64,000 nt of DNA from Macrostomum lignano. Lineage: Eukaryota. The stretch is taken from the NCBI GenBank assembly GCA_002269645.1, contig NIVC01001016.1:1-64000 (forward strand), in the 5' to 3' direction. The translations under genes were made by a program, and so were the position numbers. The notes beneath the pieces were generated by a model. It saw only the letters and a list, made by a program, of their open reading frames with translations, did no database searches and was not told the DNA's origin. Positions 50,379 through 62,899 of this stretch are shown piece after piece. Every line of letters begins with the position of its first letter. The first letter of the stretch is position 1.

Positions 50379-51728
50379 TCTGAGCCACCGCAGCCAGGAC
50401 TTCGGTCCGGCAGAGGCACCCTGGTGAACAGGCAGAGACATATCGGTTTGACGGTGGCTGGTGGAACTTTACACTGCTAAACAGTGACTGACAGGTCCAG
50501 ACGCTTCCCCCACTGCAGGATGGACATTGCGTTCTTACTGAATAATTTGATTTCAATTTCAGCTGCTTAATTCTCACTGGTACAACTTCTACTTGTGTTT
50601 CTCTGGCACGATTTTATACCCAAGGACAACTTAAGTAGAAGGACGCAACACTCGAAATCTATGGTAAATGTTTTGAAGGCAACTTTTCGCCGAAAAATAC
50701 ACTACAGAGATAGGAGGTTTTAATTGTTTCAGCACAAAAATTCTTATTGCTTTTGATAGGAGGCAGATCCAGTGTTCATCTTTTGATATGTTGTGCCTTT
50801 CTTATTGCTCTATCAATATTCATAAAGCTTTTCGTTCAGAAATAGTTTCAAAAAGGCAGGTTTCACCGGAAAAATACACTACACGGAGATAAGAAATTTC
50901 ACGATTTTCAACACTATAACAGTGATTGGGTCTCTTAACAGTGTCAGAGAAAGTTCTAATCACACTATTTTGTGCCTCACATGCTGCTCTAACGACGCAT
51001 TAATCGATTTTTCATGTTAAATTGGTCTTGTCATTATTTTAAACGGTTTTTTCAAGTGACCAATTGTTGCCTTGAAATGTCCGGTAGCCTGCAGCGTATG
51101 CTATAAAAAGAATCGCTACAGTATGTTGATAGTTGATATTATGTTGACAGAGGCGAGAGAGACGAGAGTTGAATGAGATGAGAAACCGAGGCGCCTGGGG
51201 TGGCTAAAACTACACACGCAGCCCCTCCCCCTCGTAAGCTATTGAATAGAAGGTTCCGGTCCGGCAGCCTTGAATAGAAGGCTGCAGAGAAGGGGAGAGA
51301 GACGAAGCTCAGCCAATGGCAGGACCAAAAATACCTGCCTCTTTTTCATATTTAAAAAACAACAAGATTTTAGCTGCACCAGTTTTATAGTGATACATAC
51401 AACGTATTTAAATTAGATCAAACTCGCACACGTGTCTCGCGTGCATTTGACATGATAAAAACCTTCTCAAGTCCAGAATTCGCATAATCTTCGGCTGCCT
51501 AGCCGGACTGCTCATCATTGCAACCCCGAGGAAACCGCCACAAGCAGTGCGCCGAATTCTGCAATTGACGCCCGAACCCGGCATCAGCGAACAAGACTTC
51601 AAGGCCATCATAGCTACGTGAGACCGCCATTTACTAATAACTAATTAGTTTGCACACGGTTAAATTGGGATTAATTACACATCCATTTTCATGAGGACTT
51701 TGAGACGACTCAAATCAACCGATTGCAG

Positions 51729-52129
51729 GCTTCCAGAAGCTGAGCAGGGCTCAAGCAGATGCGCACCGCCGGACCTGCAGCTGTACAGCCGGTTCATCAG
51801 AGATCGAAGGCCCGCCGTCATCCCGGCCGACCTGTGCAGCAAGCGGGGCAGCCCCAACTGGCTGCGGGTGTCGCAGTCCAGAGTGCAGCTGCTCAGCCAG
51901 TTCGCAACGGCCAACTGCTCAGCAGAGCCCGTGCTCAGACTCGACGATCACACCAGCAAGTTCGGCAGCGCTCAGCCAATCAGAAACGGCAGCGAGCTGC
52001 CCAGCCTGGGCTTCCGGGCGTCCTGCAGGTCGCGAGACGGCACGAAGCAGAGCTCCGTGTACTACGGGACCAGGAGACTGCGGGACTCCCAGCTGCCCCC
52101 ACTGCGGCCAGGCGACGTCAAGCGAGACA
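51729..52129 (+). pseudogene. Inverted, 3'-truncated copy of DUF229 exon 2
   Basis: Starts at TGCAG| acceptor; after about 40 diverged nt it is nearly identical to the reverse complement of 41925-42275 (about 8 mismatches counted by eye) and breaks off at RD|. Confidence 0.85.
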
Positions 52130-53769
52130 ACTTGGAACTTGAGCATCGAGGTCTATTAAACCTGAACTAAAGATAAATTGGTCTAATTACATCATGATAA
52201 AATTTAAAAACCCAATAAAATATTAAGAGCAGTCATGCCTTGTGTCCAAAGCGTTTTTTTATCATATTTTGATAGTAATATATTAATCAATACAGTACAT
52301 CTGCACAATATTGAGAGTGGCATCGAAGCTGCGCTGGCATTTGCCTCAAATACAAGTAGGCTTGTACTGTCTCAGCGTGCTGTGTGGAAGGTAATAAATT
52401 CAAATAAATTTTAATATTCATGACCCGCCCGGCCGGTAGCTCTGTTGAAATTCTCCCAGATGATTGGGAATAAATAGGCTATTAGCTTGTTTAGGCAGAA
52501 CTTCAGAGAAAACAGAGAATTACAAAGGACTAGATAAAGATTCCATTAAAGAAACACTCTGGTCTAGACGGATGGTTCAACGGTTGGTGGGACCGTAGAT
52601 CTTATAATATCGATACATATTAGGTTTTGTCAAACGAATGCTATCATTTGCTTCCTTTTAGTTTAATAATTATTCATAAAAACAGAACCAGAGAATAAGA
52701 ACAAATATTTTATGTAGCTTGATGTAACTTCATGTAACCGTCGACCCCGTATCCTCTTGTCCAATGGCAGCGTCCTGAGACCTCAACTCCTCATCCCATC
52801 ATCCCTGTACCCCGTGAACTCGCATTAGACCAGTCCAGTCTGGATCCACCGTGGGTCCAGCCGACTACGAGCTTAAATGGGTAATTTTCCTTCGTGGGGA
52901 TCCCTATCCGGTTCTGCGTTTCATTTTGTCCTCACAACTGACGTCATCAGGGGCCAGCGGTTCATTTAAGTTGGCACAACACCGATACATTTATATTTTT
53001 AAGTGTATAAAGAACAGAAAGTAAAAAATACAAAACCGGGTCGTGGATTCAATTCAGCTAAAGAACTGCAAACCCAATTTTAATGTGCAGGTAGCTGGCC
53101 ATGGGTTGGAGCGTGAGCTCAGAGTACTGTGAATTGTCCCTAGGGTCTACATGCATCTCTCTCCCTCTCTACCGTCCTCTCCTCCCGTTTCTATGTTTGG
53201 TTTGAATCCAATAATTATATATGACTAAATTACTACGAGCGTACACTAGTTTGGGAATCGGTGTTGTTGGTGCTGTTGCACTGGAGTGCCAGATTTAGTT
53301 CGAAGCTGTCTGTCCTAGCTGTACCGTCCATGGCGGCTGCGGTTGCGGCGGGGCCTCCCGACCTGCGGGGATGGTCAAGGACGCCGTGGCTGTCGAGCTC
53401 CTGGCTGACAAGCCGCCAGCATCCGCGGTGTTCGCGCTGATAGTCGTGTACGACAGTGACTATCGCCGGGGATTCCCTTTGCGGCCAGTTGCGATGTACA
53501 CCGCCCGGAGGGTCCAGCTGTCCACCCCGGCGGCTCTCGTATGCGCCAGACCTTGTCGTATGCTCGGTATAGTCAAGCATTCACGTTCAGGGGTCAGCAT
53601 TCAGGTTGGTCCCACACTTCCTCTCTCCCCTGCAGGCTCGGTGGTGGGTACTGTCCATTGGTGGTTTCCAGGGACACCTTGGACAGGTCGACCGTTAGTC
53701 TCCACTAGATTCCACTGCTGCTGCTTTTGTCGACGTCAAGGCGAGAGAAGCGGACCAATAAAGTCATCA

Positions 53770-54030
53770 GGTAGCGGATGAGCTGGCAGAGATTCTCGGG
53801 CCTGAAAGCGTCGGAGAGGTCCGGGTTTGGGCCAAGGTAGGTGAGCCTGTCCTGAGTAAAGGCGGAGCATTCACAGATGAAAAGTGCTCCGCATTCTCGA
53901 ATCTTGACACCGGGGAGGCAGAATGGGAATTCATCGCTACGGATTTTCCCTGGAGTTAGCGATGCCTGGAGAAAAAGCCATGACCTGAGAGGGCCATGGT
54001 AACCACCCTGTCCCTGCAGTGAGTCCAAGC
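53770..54030 (-). mobile_element. 3' remnant of a LOA-like LINE
   Basis: FICECSAFTQDRLTYLGPNPDLSDAFRPENLCQLIRYL aligns with FVSICPAFTRARLTYLGPHTSITEACKPENFNQLMRYL of the element at 56925. Confidence 0.75.
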
Positions 54031-55487
54031 AGGTCTTACTTAGAAGTCAAGTAAGTAAGTCAATTATGTTAAGGACGGACAGTTTCGGGGGACCCCGAAA
54101 CCCCGAACCCCGATCCGAACATTTTTTTCAAACCCCGAACCCTGGTGCTAAAACTCGACCCGACCCAGAACCTAATCCCGAACTTTTTGACACTGAATTG
54201 GTCAATTATTTTTATCAATTAATACGCCTGTTTGGTTACAATACAGCGCTTTTTTGTATATTACTCTAATTGGAAACGTTTTGGGCGCCAAAGTAAGCTC
54301 AAAAACAATTGAAACATGCATAACATTATAAATGAAAGTAAGGACACAATTTCAACCCTTCTGGAAAGTTAAATAATGCGGTTGTTAGACTCCCTAACGG
54401 AAAAAGCGCTTTATGACGTAATTTACTTTCCTAAGCCTTAATTTACTAATTAGGCTTTGAATTTAATTATTTAATTTAAGTTATTGCAGTAATTTATTCG
54501 ACAAGACGAATGGTGCACGAGAAAAAAGCCAAGTTACGAGGCACACAAAAAACGCGCGAAGACAATTTAAATTGGCGGGGTATTCAGTTCATTAAAACCT
54601 TGGATGACTATCAGAAAAATATAGTAATAAACTAGAATTTAATTAATATAACTTAAAGTACAAATTTTTATAATAAAATAGATCAAAACAATATTTATAC
54701 AACCTGCAATTTACTTAACGACAACTAATTTTATGTAAAAAAAATCACACAGAAACTAAAAATTTAAGATGACAACGACATCGTTACAGCTGACATTACT
54801 GATTCCTGGAAAAATGTTGGCCTTAGGCTACTTTTCTTTTCTCACATTTAAGAAAAAGTAAGTTAAAAGTCATTAAGCGCTATTGACAAAAAATGCGCGG
54901 CAAATTAACGAAACAACTCCTCACACTTTATTCTGCGTTTCCCATACATATAGCTGTATTCCCATTCAATGCGATACACTCGAGAGCGCGAGAATCTCCT
55001 GCAGGACAAGTCGCTTTGTTGTCTCCTAAATCTCTCTATTAAGACTAATATGAGCGCAAGCATTGGAGGGAGGCAATGCAGACAGAACCTGACGCGTGGC
55101 AAAATGCTCTGCAGGAAAATCTCGGCGAGCAATGCGTCGGCGGGCAAATCTCAAATAAATTATTCAAAAATTACATACTTACTAAGTTATGATTGAAGCA
55201 TGCAGTTCAAACCACGGGATAAAATAACTCCAGACGATTTAAAAAAATCAACATCAACGATTTTTGTTATTTCCAAAAATTTCTGCATGCATCTGTGGTA
55301 CTACATGTATTTGCTATTTTTATTTCTAGCCCGATGTAATGTACATGTACAACCTAAAATATATCCGAAGGTCACCTTAAATTGTTCTCATTGTGTATTT
55401 TGCATAGAGTCAAAACCGGCTGAAAACTAACTTAAAAGTGATCATTCTGAAAAACCCCAAAAACCACGAAAAACCCGGTGGCCAAAT

Positions 55488-56924
55488 CCGACCCCGAACC
55501 CCGACCAGAACCCCGACCCGAACCCCGACCCGAACCCCGACCCGAACCCCGACCCGAACCCCGACCCGAACCCCGACCCGAACCCCGAACCCCGACCCGA
55601 ACCCCGACCCGAACCCCGACCCGAACCCCGAACCCCGACCCGAACCCCCGAACCCCGACCCGAACCCCGACCAGAAGCCCGAACCCCGACCCGAACCCCC
55701 GAACCCCGACCCGAACCCCGACCCGAACCCCGACCAGAACCCCGAACCCCGACCCGAACCCCGACCCGAACCCCGAACCCCGACCCGAACCCCGACCCGA
55801 ACCTTAACCCGAACCCCAACCCAAACCCCGACCCGAACCTTAACCAGAACCCCGACCCGAACCCCGACCAGAACCCCGACCCGAACCCCGACCCGAACCC
55901 CGACCCGAACCCCGACCCGAACCCCGACCAGAACCCCGAACCCCGACCCGAACCCCCGAACCCCGACCCGAACCCAGACCAGAACCCCGACCCGAACCCC
56001 GACCCGAACCCCGACCCGAACCCCGACCCGAACCTTAACCCGAACCCCGACCCGAACCTTAACCCGAACCCCGACCCGAACCCCGACCCGAACCTTAACC
56101 AGAACCCCGACCCGAACCCCGACCCAAACCCCGACCCGAACCCCGACCCGAACCCCGACCAGAACCCCGACCCGAACCCCGACCAGAACCCCGACCCGAA
56201 CCCCGACCCGAACCCCGACCCGAACCCCCACCCGAACCCCGACCAGAACCACGAACCCCGACCCGAACCCCGACCCGAACCCCGACCAGAACCCCGACCA
56301 GAACCCCGAACTCCGACCCGAACCCCGACCAGAACCCCGAACTCCGACCCGAACCCCGACCCGAACCCCGACCCGAACCCCGACCCGAACCCCGACCCGA
56401 ACCCCCGAACCCCGACCCGAACCCCGACCAGAACCCCGAACCCTGACCCGAACCCCCGAACCCCGACCCGAACCCCCACCCGAACCCCGACCAGAACCCC
56501 GAACTCCGACCCGAACCCCGACCAGAACCCCGAACCCCGACCCGAACCCCGACCCGAACCTTAACCCGAACCCCGACCCGAACCCCGACCCGAACCTTAA
56601 CCAGAACCCCGACCCGAACCCCGACCAGAACCCTGAACCCCGACCCGAACCCCGACCAGAACCCCGAACTCCGACCCGAACCCCGACCCGAACCCCGACC
56701 CGAACCCCGACCCGAACCCCGACCCGAACCCCCGAACCCCGACCCGAACCCCGACCAGAACCCCGAACCCTGACCCGAACCCCCGAACCCCGACCCGAAC
56801 CCCGACCCGAACCTTAACCCGAACCCCGACCCGAACCCCGACCCGAACCTTAACCAGAACCCCGACCCGAACCCCGACCAGAACCCCGACCCGAACCCCG
56901 ACCCGAACCCCGACCCGAACCCCC
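55488..56924. repeat. (GAACCCCGACCC)n satellite, left half
   Basis: 12-nt unit with 7-8-nt GAACCCC(C) spacers and AACCTTAACC variants. Confidence 0.95.
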
Positions 56925-59900
56925 TGACTTGACTTAGCTGCAGGGCTGTCCCGGAGGGGACACAGCGGGAAGGCGCGGGCGCCCATTCCGCTAGTCCCTG
57001 AACGGCCGACGCGTCGCTATGGACGGAGGGTTGGCGCCGCCCAGGGAGGTCCCCCAGTGTCGCCAGCAGCTATGGTGCTCTCTGGAAAGGAGAGTTCAGC
57101 CCTGCGGGTGGCCCGAAGGTAGCGCATGAGCTGATTAAAGTTTTCGGGTTTGCACGCTTCAGTAATAGATGTGTGTGGCCCGAGGTAAGTGAGTCTGGCC
57201 CGCGTGAAGGCGGGACAGATGCTGACGAAATGCTCAGCGGTTTCGTCACCTGAGTTGCAGAAACTACAGGTGGCGTTGGTGGCGTTGCCCTGCAGGTACT
57301 GGTGCCTGGAGAAGCAGCCGTGACCAGAGAGGGTCATGGTGGCAGCCCGGATGTCTCTGCGCGAGAGGCGCAAGAGGAGCTTCCGGAGCTGGTGAGAGGG
57401 CTGAGGGACAGCGCCTCTGGATTGCCTGCAGTTCGTGCGGTTCGCCCAAGTCGAGCGGTGCTGAGTCCTGATCCACGCTTTGATGCGCGAGTCGATGACA
57501 CAGCCAGGAATCGGGACAAGAGGTTCGGGGCCGAGAGAGGAGCCGGAGGCACCAACTTTTGCAAGGGTGTCAGCCAACTCATTTCCTCGGATCCCCACAT
57601 GCCCCGGAACCCACTTAAGGGTAATTTTGTTGGCGGAACCCAACACATTGAGGAGTTTGATACAGTCAAGGACTGTAGCAGAGTTGGTGCTGCAGCCACT
57701 GATGGCGTGCAAGGCAGCTTGGCTGTCCGAATGGAAAATGATGTTCTTACCAGTAACGCCAGTGGCGAGAAGCTCTGCAGTGCAGGAGCTGATGGCCAGA
57801 ACTTCATTTTGGAAAACACTGGAGTTGACCCCAGTGTATTGAGCGTGGGTAGCGATGACCCTCCCGTTCAGAAAGATTCCAACACCAAAGCCGGTGTTGG
57901 CTGACTGCTTAGAACCGTCGGTGTAGCAATGAAGCTCACCAGGGTTCCAATGGTCATTGATGTTATCGCGCGAGTCGATAGCTACGGAGTAGCGCTGTCT
58001 CAGGTTGAGCGTTGAGGCAATGCCATCGGTGAAGACGCGATTGGCCTGACACTCGTTGAGAAAGTTGAGGCACAGATCGCTATGCGGGACAAGGTTCCGC
58101 TTAGCAGGTGCTCTCATGTAAATGAATTTGACGCCGGCATCAATTAGACGCCGCGTCGTTCTAGCCGCCTCACCCCTGATGAAGAGGTCAAGAGGCGGAA
58201 GATTAAGAAAGGCCCCCATGCCAGCAAAGGGCGTGGACCTGGTGGCGTTGCAGATGAGCCTACACGCTCTGCCTTGGATCGTGTTGAGCAGGTCTGCATG
58301 GCTTTTGACCTGGGTAGCGCTAACCCAGACAACAGAGGCGTACGTAATGGCAGGTCTAACTACGGAAGTATAGATCCACCAAAGCCGCTTTGGGGATAGA
58401 CCCCAAGAAGTGCCAAGTGCTCGTCGGAGCTGGGCCAGGATGGCTGAGGCACGCTTAGCTTTTGCTTTCACGTGGAAGGACCAGTTGAGCCGGTGGTCAA
58501 GTGTGACCCCGAGACATCTGGTCTGGTGCGCGAAGGCAATATCTCTGCCGTAGAGCTGCAGAGGACGTATGTTCCAGCGTAGTCTGCTGGTAAACATAAT
58601 GGCAACGGTTTTGGGCTCAGAGAGTTCCAAACCATTGTCATTGGCCCAGGATTCTGCTTTGCGGATAAAGCTCTGCATCAGATCCCTGAGCGTGCTGGGA
58701 GACGGTCCTGCCACAATGGCCGTGACGTCATCAGCATACCCGACTTTGAAGACGGGGTCAGGTCGGGAGTCACTCAGAAGAGCGTCCATGACCAGGTTCC
58801 AGAGCGTCGGGGTGAGGACTCCGCCTTGGGGTCCACCCTTACAGACTCTGGTGGAGGCAGTTTGCCCAAGAAGTTGGGCAGTGACCGTACGGTTGGAGAT
58901 CATGTACATGATCCACCGTATGAGGGTAGCATGAGCTTTGCTATTTTAAAGGGCCCTCTGAAACGCTTCAAAGATAACGTTGTCGAAGGCGCCAACAATG
59001 TCAAGAAAGAGAGCCAGGGCGTAACCGTCACCCAGTACCGCCCGTTCAATCTTTTCGACAATCGCATGCAGGGCGCTGTCAGTCGACCTCCCGGTACGGA
59101 AGGCGTGCTGATTATTGCTGAGGGGCATCGCTGTCAGCTCGCAGGAGAGCAGCCGCCAGAGAATAAGCCTCTCAGTGAGCTTAAGCATTGCTGACGTTAA
59201 GCTAATTGGCCGGAAGGCCTTGACGCTTTGGTAGTCACCCTTCCCAGGTTTGGGAATAAAGACTACTCGAGCTTCAGTCCAGCTTTTGGGAACGTATCCC
59301 AGCTGGATAGAGGCCCGCATAAGATTGCGGGTGAGTCTCAGGAACGAGGGTATCTTGGCTGCTTCACGAAGGAGAACAGGGTAGATACCATCAGGTCCAG
59401 GAGATTTGAAGGGTTTGAAGGTTCTGACCGCACGAGCGATTAGGTCTTCAGTGACAATGCCCGCCGCTAGGGTGGCTCCATCCATCGAATGGTTGGGCTC
59501 CGGTCTAGCAGTAGGTACCCTCGGGAAGAATGTGCTAAGCATATGCTGAAGCACTTCTTCAGGGTCTTTAGTAAGAGAGCCATCATCTTTTTTGATCATG
59601 GCTAATTTGGACATTTTGTCCATTGTAAGGGCCTTGACAAGCCTAGAAGTAGGTCTGTCTTGATCCAATTCATTGCAGAATTGGCGCCACTTACATTCCT
59701 TGGCCTTGCGCACTTCAGATTTGAAATTGCGGGAGGCTTGCCGGAAAAGCTCCATGTCCTCCGGGTTTCCGGTCTTCATGGCACGGCGATGAAGGCTTTT
59801 GGCCTTCCGCCTGAGTTTCCCCAGCTCCGGGTTCCACCACGGCGCCGAGGTCTTGCCTCTGTAGGCGCGAGCAGGACAAGCCGCTTCGTAGGCTGCAATA

Positions 59901-61712
59901 ATGCAACCTGTCAGCGTCTCAGCCATATGATCCACATCCTCGCAGGTCTCAATCGGACGTAAGTCCGTGAGTTCCTGCAGGTGCAGATCAAGGGCAGCCT
60001 TGTAGGCCGCCCAATCAGTGTTGCGGATATTGCGTCTCCAAGTGATCGGAGACTGGGTTTTAGTGTCCGCGATATTAAAGGCAATAAAGCAGTGGTCAGA
60101 CAGGGAGGGCTCCTCAGACCAGACTCTCCACTGGAGGGCACCCAGCTGGAAAGAGGATCCATTAGGGTACCGACTCGCCCAAGTGCTGGAAAGGCCGAGG
60201 ACAATTGAGTTGCCCGTCTCCCCCCTGCGGACTTTACGGTGATACACCAGTCCACTAGCAGGGAGGTCGGGGTTCAGACGCAGTAGGACCCGGCGAATAA
60301 CGTCTGGTCCAGCTGCGGTGCTCTTAGCAGGGACGAAAACCACATAGGGTATCGTCTTTGGACGCTGGCCCTCGCGAAGAAAAAGAGCTCCGCCAAGGTC
60401 AGCATCCAAGGAGACCGTCGGTAGCCGCTGGAGCAGCCGCCGAGCGTCCTCCTCGCTGCTAGGAGCAATAAGAACGAATGTGCTTCGCAGCACCATCCGC
60501 TCAACGCCGATGGAGATTCCCTCCTCGACAGTCAGCTCAATCAGATAGGAGTCAACAGCACTCCACACTTTTTGAAGCTGATCAGTGGTCCAGTCCTGGT
60601 CGCGACCTTGGATGATCACTCCCGGGATTTTGGCCTTGGCCTTCGCCGCAAAGGTAGCTCCCGAAGGAACCTCCTTGTTGGCAGTGGCCATTTGTTGCGC
60701 CGTGGTTTCGGCCTCAGCAGCCGCGGCAGCAGCTCCAGGGAGCGCCGCCGCTGAACTACTGGAGCTTCCACCGGCCGGCCCGCCTGGTTGCCTTGGGACT
60801 CCAGTCGCTTCAGCATCCATGGTGGACGCCGCCGCTTTGGCCCCCGCAGCTCCCTTCTTGGCCTGCCTTTTGGCGCGTTGTTTAGCGCGTTTGCGCTCAA
60901 GCCGAGCCCGCTGAGCTTCATCGGATCTGCCAGATTTGGCCGGTCCTTTAGGCTCAGAGCTCGCGGTTCCCTTAGATCCACCAGCGGAGCTGGCAGGTCT
61001 TAGGGTATTTTGAGTTTGGTAGCTCTGGTCGGATCTGCCAGCAGAGCCAGCCGGTCCTTCCTTTGCCACAGTTGAATCAGTCGGTTGGGATCTGCCAGCA
61101 GGGCCGGCCGGTCCTTCGGACTGAGGTTGGGGTTTAGAAGGGTCCCCATCCCTAGAAATAGCTTGTTTATCCATAGTCGGCTCGAAGGCCATGATAAAAG
61201 GTTGGTGGGCTACCCTCAAAGGGGCGCGGTACCCACCCGGCCGCTCCACCTGACCGGGCAGTAGGCCAATAGCACCCTCAAGGCTGGCCCGACACCAGGA
61301 GGGGGACCGCTTGCGACCGGACTACTCCCCGGCCTTCCAGCCCATCGGCACGGTCAACACCTTAGGCATTAGAGAGTACGTTGAGCAGTACCACGGCCTG
61401 CAGGTTGGCGAGCCAGACCCGCATACCCAAATTCGGCCGAAGCCACTGGATAGGGTCGCCAGCGCCGGAGCCCAGTCTGTCCAGCAGCCCTAGGGACTGC
61501 CTTGAACACACGCGGGGACGAGTACCCTGGGTCGACTTGCGAGACAGCGTGGGAGGGGGGGTCTGCGGCTGCCAGAGGCAAATAGAGGGTGCAGACCTCC
61601 CACCAGCCTTGACCTGCTGAAGATAGGGGCAGGCGTGAAGCATCGCAGACCTTAGCCCATGGGCCTAGTCTGTCTCATACTTCACTGGCATGCTGAATAC
61701 GCCTTCGCGTGC
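56925..61712 (-). mobile_element. LOA-clade-like non-LTR retrotransposon, 4788 bp, with intact-looking 5' end
   Basis: 12-bp TSD ACCCGAACCCCC (56913-56924 and 61713-61724), 3' tail (AAGTC)2A, about 500-nt 5' UTR, RT-RNase H-CCHC coding region. Confidence 0.9.
57017..61192 (-). CDS. Single fused frame: ORF1-like domain, APE C-terminal stub, RT, RNase H, CCHC; one in-frame TAA at 58948-58946
   Basis: KPFKSPGPDGI, WTEARVVFIPKPGK, FRPISLTS, LFLDIVGAFDNV, PQGGVLTPTLWN, YADD, CYTDGSK, FQNEVLAI, SDSQAAL, WVPGHVGIRGNELAD, CSFC..ETAEHFVSIC. The two listed ORFs are in the same frame with 12 sense codons between them. The start ATG is approximate. Confidence 0.85.
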
Positions 61713-62899
61713 ACCCGAACCCCCACCCGAACCCCGACCAGAACCCCGAACCCCGACCCGAACCCCCGAACCCCGACCCGAACCCTGACCCGAACCCCGA
61801 CCCGAACCCCGACCCGAACCCTGACCCGAACCCCGACCCGAACCCCCACCCGAACCCCGACCAGAACCCCGAACCCCGACCCGAACCCCGACCAGAACCC
61901 CGAACTCCGACCCGAACCCCGACCCGAACCCCGACCCGAACCCCGACCCGAACCCCGACCCGAACCCCGAACCCCGACCCGAACCCCGACCCGAACCCTG
62001 ACCCGAACCCCGACCCGAACCCCCACCCGAACCCCGACCAGAACCCCGAACCCCGACCCGAACCCCGACCAGAACCCCGAACTCCGACCCGAACCCCGAC
62101 CCGAACCCCGACCCGAACCCCGACCCGAACCCCGACCCGAACCCCGACCCGAACCCCCGAACCCCGACCCGAACCCCGACCAGAACCCCGAACCCTGACC
62201 CGAACCCCCGAACCCCGACCCGAACCCCCACCCGAACCCCGACCAGAACCCCGAACTCCGACCCGAACCCCGACCAGAACCCCGAACCCCGACCCGAACC
62301 CCGACCCGAACCTTAACCCGAACCCCGACCCGAACCCCGACCCGAACCTTAACCAGAACCCCGACCCGAACCCCGACCAGAACCCCGACCCGAACCCCGA
62401 CCCGAACCCCGACCCGAACCCCCACCCGAACCCCGACCAGAACCCCGAACCCCGACCCGAACCCCGAACCCCGACCCGAACCCCGACCCGAACCCCGACC
62501 CGAACCCCGACCCGAACCTTAACCCGAACCCCGACCCGAACCCCGACCCGAACCTTAACCAGAACCCCGACCCGAACCCCGACCAGAACCCCGACCCGAA
62601 CCCCGACCCGAACCCCGACCCGAACCCCACCCGAACCCCGACCAGAACCCCGAACCCCGACCCGAACCCCGAACCCCGACCCGAACCCCGACCCGAACCC
62701 CGACCCGAACCCCACCCGAACCCCGACCAGAACCCCGAACCCCGACCCGAACCCCGACCAGAACCCCGAACTCCGACCCGAACCCCGACCCGAACCCCGA
62801 CCCGAACCCCGACCCGAACCCCCACCCGAACCCGACCAGAACCCCGAACCCCGACCCGAACCCCGACCAGAACCCCGAACTCCGACCCGAACCCCGACC
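61713..62899. repeat. (GAACCCCGACCC)n satellite, right half
   Basis: Same units and variant blocks as the left half; followed by GAACACCCCTA at 62908-62918. Confidence 0.95.

Noticed and set aside
52732-52982. TG...CA segment as a solo LTR
   Set aside because: No TSD and no second copy in the window.
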